Source: Candidatus Nanopelagicales bacterium
Lineage (GTDB): Bacteria > Actinomycetota > Actinomycetes > S36-B12 > UBA5976
DNA length: 45,147 nt
Assembly (NCBI GenBank): GCA_038124905.1
Contig: JAYPCW010000001.1
Coordinates: 1,824 to 46,970 of the forward strand
Direction: 5' to 3'
Below are positions 16,100-22,742 of the stretch, in pieces; the first letter of the stretch is position 1; every line of letters begins with the position of its first letter. Made by a program: the position numbers and the translations under genes. The notes beneath the pieces are model-generated. The model was not told the origin of the DNA. It ran no database searches and saw only the letters and a program-made list of their open reading frames with translations.

Positions 16100-16845
16100 T
16101 GGCTGACTTTCAAAATCAAATAGCAATCGTAACTGGTGCTGCAAGTGGAATTGGTTTTTCATGCGTGAAGCAACTAACTGAGCAAGGCGCTCGAGTATTT
16201 GGTTTTGATTTAACTCCTGGTGACTTAGATTCGATTGCCACCTTCGTAGAGTGCGACATCACTAGCCAATCTTCGGTAGATGCGGCTTTTGAAAAAGTCT
16301 CTAGTCAGGTAGATCGTGTTGATATCTTGATAAATAACGCTGGAGTTGGTGCAATTGGTACCGTCGAAGACGCAACTGACGATGACTGGCAGCGAGTATT
16401 TAATGTTTGTGTTTTTGGAACTGCCAGAGTTACTAAAAAGTTTTTACCACTGATTCGAAAATCGCAAAACAAAGCAATTGTTAATACCGGTTCAGTTGCC
16501 GCACCGGTAGGGATTCCTAAGCGTGCGGTCTACTCTTCGGCTAAAGGTGCAATTCAAACTTTAACTCTTGCCATGGCCGCCGATTTTGTTAGTGAGAAAA
16601 TCAGAGTGAATTCAGTTAACCCAGGTACCGCTGACACTCCTTGGGTGCAAAGACTGTTAGCGCAAGCTGATGACCCCAAAAAAGAGCGAGCAGCCTTAGA
16701 GGCGCGCCAGCCAATTGGCCGGTTAGTTTCACCAGATGAAGTTGCTCACGCAATTTTGTACTTAGCTAATCCAAAATCCGCTTCAACTACCGGCACCTTG
16801 CTTTCAGTTGATGGTGGATTAGGAAACCTTTACTTACCCAAGTAA
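16099..16845 (+). CDS. short-chain dehydrogenase/reductase, candidate 2-keto-3-deoxy-L-fuconate 4-dehydrogenase
   Basis: 248 aa. TGAASGIG, NNAG and the YSSAK catalytic motif are present. Its GTG start shares 1 nt with the fucD stop (TAGTG). Confidence 0.75.
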   Translation: MADFQNQIAIVTGAASGIGFSCVKQLTEQGARVFGFDLTPGDLDSIATFVECDITSQSSVDAAFEKVSSQVDRVDILINNAGVGAIGTVEDATDDDWQRVFNVCVFGTARVTKKFLPLIRKSQNKAIVNTGSVAAPVGIPKRAVYSSAKGAIQTLTLAMAADFVSEKIRVNSVNPGTADTPWVQRLLAQADDPKKERAALEARQPIGRLVSPDEVAHAILYLANPKSASTTGTLLSVDGGLGNLYLPK

Positions 16846-16875
16846 AAACCAGTTAAGTTTTGCATTTCACGCAAT

Positions 16876-16893
16876 AATTTCCTATAGGAAATT
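16876..16893. promoter_or_regulatory. 18-bp perfect palindrome AATTTCCTATAGGAAATT (operator candidate upstream of the FadR-type GntR gene)
   Basis: Every position pairs from 16876 to 16893. It lies 31 nt downstream of the SDR stop and about 100 nt upstream of the regulator start. Confidence 0.5.
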
Positions 16894-16896
16894 TCT

Positions 16897-16917
16897 GGTT
16901 TCCCTATAGGATTTTGG
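16897..16917. promoter_or_regulatory. second, imperfect copy of the CCTATAGG operator-like motif (GGTTTCCCTATAGGATTTTGG)
   Basis: Shares TTTCC(C)TATAGGA with the palindrome 4 nt upstream. Confidence 0.4.
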
Positions 16918-16990
16918 AAACGCTCTGCGACTAATTTGTCATTTTTTGTGACCTTTTGTCGTTGCCTTGAACTAATATCGCATAAGCATT

Positions 16991-17683
16991 ATGAAAACTA
17001 AAGATTCGATATATCCAAGGCGCCTACCTGGCGTTAGATTTAATTTAAGTGATGATGTTTTTTTTATTATTCGAAAAAAAATTATGACTCGTGAAATTCG
17101 CCCTGGTGATCGAATGAATATAGATTCTCTCTCTCGTGATTTAAATGTTTCTCAAACCCCCATCCGTGAAGCGCTTGCTCGCTTAGAAGAAACTGGTTTG
17201 GTTATCAAAGAGCCGCTGAAGGGCTTTAGAGCTTCGCAATTATTAAATGCAAAGGAAGCACAAGATTTATTCAATTTCAGGAGTGTTCTTGAACCCTACG
17301 CGGCAAAGATTGCTGCGGAGTTTTCTACTAAGGAACAAATTGAGCAGATGTACAAGGAAATAGATTTTGCGAAAGAAATTCAAAATCTTAGCGGAATTGA
17401 GGCATTCGAGAAACTAGCTGAGCATGATGAAAATATCCATACTCAGATTTTTGAAGCAGCAGGTAATGCACTGCTAACTAAGGCGTACAAAGCTAGCCAT
17501 TGTTTTTTGCACTTATACAGGCTTCATTTTATTCGTGACGTACCTGTCGACTTTGAGGAGACAATGACGGAGCACGCTGCAATTATTTCAGCTCTTGAAA
17601 TGGGCGACAGCCATGAAGCTTTCTCTGCGATGGCTCAACATATTGACAATGCAAGAAATCGTTTTCAATACCCTGCCATTTGA
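16991..17683 (+). CDS. GntR-family transcriptional regulator, FadR subfamily (FCD domain)
   Basis: 230 aa. The HTH is MNIDSLSRDLNVSQTPIREALARLEETGLV. The C-terminal domain is all-helical and carries His residues typical of FCD. Confidence 0.8.
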   Translation: MKTKDSIYPRRLPGVRFNLSDDVFFIIRKKIMTREIRPGDRMNIDSLSRDLNVSQTPIREALARLEETGLVIKEPLKGFRASQLLNAKEAQDLFNFRSVLEPYAAKIAAEFSTKEQIEQMYKEIDFAKEIQNLSGIEAFEKLAEHDENIHTQIFEAAGNALLTKAYKASHCFLHLYRLHFIRDVPVDFEETMTEHAAIISALEMGDSHEAFSAMAQHIDNARNRFQYPAI

Positions 17684-19113
17684 AGCAGCTGATCTGCGGT
17701 AAATGCATAAACATTCATGTCTAAATACCCACTAGCAATTCCGTAGGTTCTTCCATCTCCCCTGTCGGTGTATTGCCAAAAAGTCCAAGCTTTCTCGCAA
17801 TCAGACATACTCCAAATGGTTCTTGTGCAGCCACGAGTAACCGTGGTTGCCGGGTTAGAAACTTGTGAATAATTGGCAATCCAAAGCGGATAATTAGCAA
17901 GTCTTTGATCGCGCAAATATAACTGAATAAAATTTAAATTAGAGTAAATAATTGGTTTTCTACCGGTTCGCGCTTCTACTTGTTGTACAAAACCAACGGA
18001 AAAACTCGAAACCACACTTGCGCCAATATTTGAAGGCCTAGAAAAAGGTTCAATATCAAGAACTATTGGCAAAACTCCCGGCCTCATTCCACCAAGTGAA
18101 TTCAAGTGATTTACTGCAATATCAGCTTGGGCTACACCTTGCTGAAATCCTGTTTCAACATTGGCATCCGATGAAATTAATGCAGCGTGATAGATACCAG
18201 TTAATAAACCAGCTTCTCTCGCTTTTGGAAAATCGATACTCGACCAGTAATTTGCTCTTTGATTTGCATCTGCACCACCAGAAGTCCCTTTTATGAATAT
18301 GTAACGCATCCCTGCGTTATACATTCTCACAAAATCAATCGGGGCGTTCCCTGGATGTTGCCAAAGAGAAATATCGGTTCCTAAAATTCGATCATTTGGG
18401 CCAACTCTTTGCCCAAAGTCTCCCCCGCGAGGTTGTGGTTTAGGCATGCCAGCAATTACTAACTTTTTGATTGTGGCTTCTTGGCTAGCTATCAATTTCT
18501 CTATACGAGTTGTCTCATTTTTTGCCTTGGTCTCGGCTGCTGCCATCTCGGCTACTAATTGACTGGTTCTAACCTTGCGTTCTGAAATGATTTCTTCTTG
18601 CTCTCTGGCTTCAGCTTCTTTGGCTTCAAGTTCTAATTGAGTTGAAACTAATTGCTCAACTATCTGGTTGGAGTCTTGATAGATCATCTCCAAAGACATC
18701 AAGATTGATGTCAAGTCGCCACTATCGCTAGAGCCAAAAATCGCATCAAGCACTAATAACTCTTGCTGTACGCCATCAATATGAGTAGCACGAACGAGGT
18801 CTGCAATTTGATCTTGAGTGGAACTGATTAATAATGAAAGTGTCTCAATATCTGTTGAAATTTGCTCAATGTTTGCTTGAGCTTCATTCAGCTCTCGATT
18901 TACTTTTCGATCTTCGCTTCTAGCTTTTTCTAACTCTGCTTTAGCGAGTTTAAGATCCTCTCGAGCTTTAGCTAACTCTTCTTTGGTGGCAGCGAGTTCC
19001 GCTCTTGCCGCGTCAACCTGAGCATTCGCCGGCATAGGAGCGGCCAAGGCAGGTGCATTTACTAAAAATGCGACTAAGACAAGTGCTATTGCTTTTATGA
19101 GATACTTGGGCAT
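17665..19113 (-). CDS. secreted coiled-coil protein with a C-terminal GH25 muramidase (lysozyme) domain
   Basis: Signal peptide MPKYLIKAIALVLVAFLVNAPALAAP. Roughly 190 aa of heptad-rich sequence follows (AELAATKEELAKAREDLKLAKAELEKA...). The C-terminal GTDISLWQHPGNAPIDFVRMYNAGMRYIFIKGTSG...GLLTGIYHAA is GH25-like. Confidence 0.65.
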   Translation of the reverse strand: MPKYLIKAIALVLVAFLVNAPALAAPMPANAQVDAARAELAATKEELAKAREDLKLAKAELEKARSEDRKVNRELNEAQANIEQISTDIETLSLLISSTQDQIADLVRATHIDGVQQELLVLDAIFGSSDSGDLTSILMSLEMIYQDSNQIVEQLVSTQLELEAKEAEAREQEEIISERKVRTSQLVAEMAAAETKAKNETTRIEKLIASQEATIKKLVIAGMPKPQPRGGDFGQRVGPNDRILGTDISLWQHPGNAPIDFVRMYNAGMRYIFIKGTSGGADANQRANYWSSIDFPKAREAGLLTGIYHAALISSDANVETGFQQGVAQADIAVNHLNSLGGMRPGVLPIVLDIEPFSRPSNIGASVVSSFSVGFVQQVEARTGRKPIIYSNLNFIQLYLRDQRLANYPLWIANYSQVSNPATTVTRGCTRTIWSMSDCEKAWTFWQYTDRGDGRTYGIASGYLDMNVYAFTADQLLQMAGY

Positions 19114-19171
19114 CGCCTAATTGATTTTACGTGATACGCAAGTGAAAACTGAGATTTGACTCCCGTTTGCT

Positions 19172-20059
19172 ATGGTTTTAGCAATGGATGATTTTTCAAG
19201 ATTTACCGAGACAGCAAGTGAGCTGTGGGCCAAAGTCTTGACAGAAGGCTTGGCTCCTACGGGGCGAGTTATATTGATCCTTTTGTTGGCCTGGCTTTTT
19301 GCCAAATTCTTGCGCCGTCTGGTGAGAAGGGCTCTTTTAAGAATCAGCGACCTTAAGCCGGTGGTCGACGAACGCGTTGAACAGCGCACCAAAGCCCTAA
19401 CCGCTCTTTCTTCAAGCGTGATTTCGGTAGTGGTTTGGACGATTGCAGTTTTAACATCTCTTGGCACCCTTGGAATTAACCTCGCTCCGCTTGTGGCGGG
19501 AGCTGGTATCGCTGGAGTGGCTCTGGGTTTTGGTGCTCAGAGTTTGGTTCGAGATTTTCTCTCAGGCGTGTTAATGCTTATTGAAGATCAATACGGCGTA
19601 GGAGATGTGATTGACGTTGCCGGCACAATCGGTGAAGTTGAGTCAGTAAGTCTTCGCACTACTCGACTTAGAGGAGTTGATGGCACCGTTTGGCATATCC
19701 CAAATGGTGAAATTACGAAGGTTGGCAACTTAAGCCAAGATTGGTCCCGCATTATTTTAGACGTTGCTGTTGCATATAAAAGTGACCTCAATTTCACTCA
19801 GAAAGAATTAGCAAAGATTCTAAAAAGTTATTCAAAGCTTCCTGGTATCAAAGAAAATATCTTAGAAGAGCCTGAGATTTGGGGTGTGCAAAATCTAGGT
19901 GACAATTCCATAGATATTCGAATTTCTATCAAGGTAAAAGCTGGCACTCAATGGGCCTTAACTAGACGCTTAAGAGAAGAAGTTAAAAATCATTTTGACG
20001 AAGCCAACATAGAAATTCCCTTTCCGCAACTTTCGGTGTGGATTGAAAAATCTAAATAG
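19172..20059 (+). CDS. small-conductance mechanosensitive channel (MscS family)
   Basis: Has TM helices followed by LSGVLMLIEDQYGVGDVIDVAGTIGEVESVSLRTTRLRGVDGTVWHIPNGEI, the MscS beta-domain signature. Confidence 0.85.
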   Translation: MVLAMDDFSRFTETASELWAKVLTEGLAPTGRVILILLLAWLFAKFLRRLVRRALLRISDLKPVVDERVEQRTKALTALSSSVISVVVWTIAVLTSLGTLGINLAPLVAGAGIAGVALGFGAQSLVRDFLSGVLMLIEDQYGVGDVIDVAGTIGEVESVSLRTTRLRGVDGTVWHIPNGEITKVGNLSQDWSRIILDVAVAYKSDLNFTQKELAKILKSYSKLPGIKENILEEPEIWGVQNLGDNSIDIRISIKVKAGTQWALTRRLREEVKNHFDEANIEIPFPQLSVWIEKSK

Positions 20060-21080
20060 CTAAAGCCGCATTACTAATCTCTGGTGGTCTTGCAACCCAA
20101 GCTCTTAAATCTCCAGTAAGTTTCCAATTGCCAACAGCATGTGGAACTACTAAAGCATCCCCGCGAGCAAGATCAAGAGTATCGCCGTGATCACTTAATA
20201 ACTGACCACTTCCAGATAAAACCAGCATCACAGCAAATCCAACTTCAATTTCAACACCGCTAGAAATCGCATGAGCTCTAAAGTACGGATCAGCCCCTGA
20301 AGGCAAGAGCGAAACAATGCCAGATGAATTCAAATCTGTACCTGTGCGCAAAGTTGCAATATCGCTTTGTGAAAGTGCATTTAGCTCCATAGCCTGCAAG
20401 GCAAGATCAAATCCAAGGTTCAAGTGACCATCTTTATGGCCATCCATCTTGAAGCCCTCCCATTCGAGCATGATTGATAAATCAGTTGGCTCTTGTAATT
20501 CAAGTAAAAAGATTCCTTCAGAAATTGCATGCGGGATTCCTGCTGGCACCAAAACACCATCTCCGGGCTTTACTGACAATTTATTTAATGAAGCCAATAA
20601 AGCAGCGGTGTTCTCAGTATCGACTAATTCTCTCACCTGTTTCATCTGCATAGTTTTTTCAAACCCAACACCAACCCACGCATCTTCAGGAGCTTCCAAA
20701 ATGATCCAAGCTTCAGTTTTGCCATGCGGCAATCCCAAGTGTTGTTTGGCAAATGCCCTATTTGGGTGCAAATGAACTGGGAGTCTTTGATCTGGGTCAA
20801 GTAATTTCACTAGCAATTCAGTATTTATCCCAAAATGCTCAAAATGAGATTTACCTAACCAGCCAACTGGATCTTGGGCAACCGCATCTCTTAAAAATCT
20901 GCCATCAGGTAAAACCGTTAAACCTTGAGTTGCTTCCCCGAAGCGAGTAACCGTCGAGCCCAACCACTCTTCGGGGCGCTGTGGGCCACCTGGGCCGTTT
21001 CTAAGGGCTCCTATCTTGTAGCCACCACGGTAAAAATGATCGAATTGATTCGCAGGTAACTTCACGCAATTTAGGTTCAT
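20052..21080 (-). CDS. manA: class I mannose-6-phosphate isomerase (cupin)
   Basis: 342 aa. LPVHLHPN, GKTEAWIILEA and VPAGIPHAI correspond to the Zn-ligand segments of type I PMI. Confidence 0.65.
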   Translation of the reverse strand: MNLNCVKLPANQFDHFYRGGYKIGALRNGPGGPQRPEEWLGSTVTRFGEATQGLTVLPDGRFLRDAVAQDPVGWLGKSHFEHFGINTELLVKLLDPDQRLPVHLHPNRAFAKQHLGLPHGKTEAWIILEAPEDAWVGVGFEKTMQMKQVRELVDTENTAALLASLNKLSVKPGDGVLVPAGIPHAISEGIFLLELQEPTDLSIMLEWEGFKMDGHKDGHLNLGFDLALQAMELNALSQSDIATLRTGTDLNSSGIVSLLPSGADPYFRAHAISSGVEIEVGFAVMLVLSGSGQLLSDHGDTLDLARGDALVVPHAVGNWKLTGDLRAWVARPPEISNAALAI

Positions 21081-21125
21081 AGTCCCACGATACAGTTATC
21101 TCAAACTAGAGAAAGGTCTTACCAA

Positions 21126-22079
21126 ATGGCTAAGGAAATTCGTTGGGGTTTAGTTGGAGCATCGGCAATCGGTGTGCGGTCCTTTCTACCTGCCTTGAAA
21201 GCTGTAGGAGGTGGCACCGCAGTAGTTGTTGGTGCTAGAGATTTAGCCAAAGCTCAAAAGTATGCAGCCGATAACGGAATTCCAGAAGCAGCTGGTTCTT
21301 ACGAAGAGGTTTATAACCGAGATGACCTTGATGCTGTTTACATAGCTCAACCAGGTGTAAATCACCCACCTTTAACTCTTGCAGCAATCAAAGCTGGCAG
21401 AGCCGTCTTGAGTGAAAAACCATTTGCTATCACTGTGAAAGCTTGCGAAGACTATCTCGCCGCGGCTCCTAAAGATGCGCTTGCTTGGGAGGCTTTTGTG
21501 CTGGCCTTTCACCCGCAAACACACATGATTAAAAACTTAACTAAAGATCTTGGGGCAATTAAAAAAATAGATTCTGTTTTCACCTACCCAAATGAAAATC
21601 CTGATGATCTTCGCTGGATTAACGGAATCGGTGGAGGTGCCCTTCTAGACATTGGCTGCTACAGCGTGCGCTGGGCTTATGCGCTCTTAGAAGAAAAGCC
21701 AGAAGTCATCAAGGCAGAAGCCACAATGGCACCAACTGGAGTAGATGAATCAGGTTCAGCCACCTTGCAATACCCATCTGGTGCAGTTATGAACATGCGC
21801 TGGTCGTTTAGAGAAGAAGAAAAAACCACAGCCATCGTTGAGTTTGAAAAAGGCACCGTAAAAGTAACGAGCCCCTTCCACCCTTACCCAGGTGATTACA
21901 TTGAAATCACCAAAGATGGTAAAACTGAAAAGATTCTCTCACCTGAGGGAACATCTTTTGACCATGGAGTTCGTCATATTCAAAATGTTCTTGCCAATGG
22001 CATAGCACCTGAATACCGCATCCAAGATGTCTCTTTAGTTCAAGCTCAAACCTTGGAAGAGATTAAAAATAAGTGGTAG
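21126..22079 (+). CDS. Gfo/Idh/MocA-family NAD(P) oxidoreductase
   Basis: Has the IRWGLVGASAIGVRSFLPAL N-terminal Rossmann start and LSEKPFA. Confidence 0.75.
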   Translation: MAKEIRWGLVGASAIGVRSFLPALKAVGGGTAVVVGARDLAKAQKYAADNGIPEAAGSYEEVYNRDDLDAVYIAQPGVNHPPLTLAAIKAGRAVLSEKPFAITVKACEDYLAAAPKDALAWEAFVLAFHPQTHMIKNLTKDLGAIKKIDSVFTYPNENPDDLRWINGIGGGALLDIGCYSVRWAYALLEEKPEVIKAEATMAPTGVDESGSATLQYPSGAVMNMRWSFREEEKTTAIVEFEKGTVKVTSPFHPYPGDYIEITKDGKTEKILSPEGTSFDHGVRHIQNVLANGIAPEYRIQDVSLVQAQTLEEIKNKW

Positions 22080-22106
22080 GTGCAAATTTTTTTCAGATAG
22101 TTAAAC

Positions 22107-22622
22107 ATGTCTGACGAGATAATCTCCTTAAGAGAGGAGTCTGTTGCTGCTCAATCGATGAGGTTTGACCTTGCTAAATTCAAGCTCATCGCTACTGCGG
22201 TTTTAGGGTCAATTGCGGTTGGGGCCGGCACTACTGATGGAACCGAGCGTTTGCCATATGTAATGGGGTTAATTCCGCTAGTAAGTATATACATTGATCT
22301 AATTGCAAATACCAAGCAAATACAGATTCTGGTTATTGGATCATTTTTAAAAGGATACGGTAACGGAGTATTTTCAGAATATGAAAAATTTTGTTCGGAT
22401 TTGCGCACAAAACGTAATGTTTTTGCAGACTCCTATGCATTTTATGTGTCAACTTCGGCCTTATCTATAGCAATTGCACTTTATGGAATAGGTCAATTGA
22501 TTTTTCTATCTCAACCAAATTTTGCAGAAGTGGCCGTACACATACTCAGTGGTACATTGGGGTTTCTTGTGAGTTTTTACATTAATAAGAAATTTGTCTG
22601 GCGCTGCGAAGGAATCAATTAA
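22107..22622 (+). CDS. hypothetical integral membrane protein (about 4 TM helices), no family recognised
   Basis: 171-aa ORF with hydrophobic stretches FKLIATAVLGSIAVGAG, LPYVMGLIPLVSIYIDLIA, YAFYVSTSALSIAIALYGIGQLIF and VAVHILSGTLGFLVSFYI. No obvious SD. Visibly more AT-rich than its neighbours. Confidence 0.45.
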   Translation: MSDEIISLREESVAAQSMRFDLAKFKLIATAVLGSIAVGAGTTDGTERLPYVMGLIPLVSIYIDLIANTKQIQILVIGSFLKGYGNGVFSEYEKFCSDLRTKRNVFADSYAFYVSTSALSIAIALYGIGQLIFLSQPNFAEVAVHILSGTLGFLVSFYINKKFVWRCEGIN

Positions 22623-22696
22623 GAACTCAAGATACGTCTTAACTTTAAAAAATTTGATTAACTCGTAATGCCGAATTTGGGAAATTCAGGCTGCAA

Positions 22697-22730
22697 TAAA
22701 AAACCCCCTTCTCATGAAGGGGGTTTTTTA
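22697..22730. terminator. bidirectional rho-independent terminator shared by the convergent membrane-protein gene and nrdJ
   Basis: AAAAAAA-CCCCCTTC-tcat-GAAGGGGG-TTTTTT: an 8-bp GC-rich stem flanked by an A-run and a T-run. Confidence 0.85.
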
Positions 22731-22742
22731 ATTTGTTCAGGT

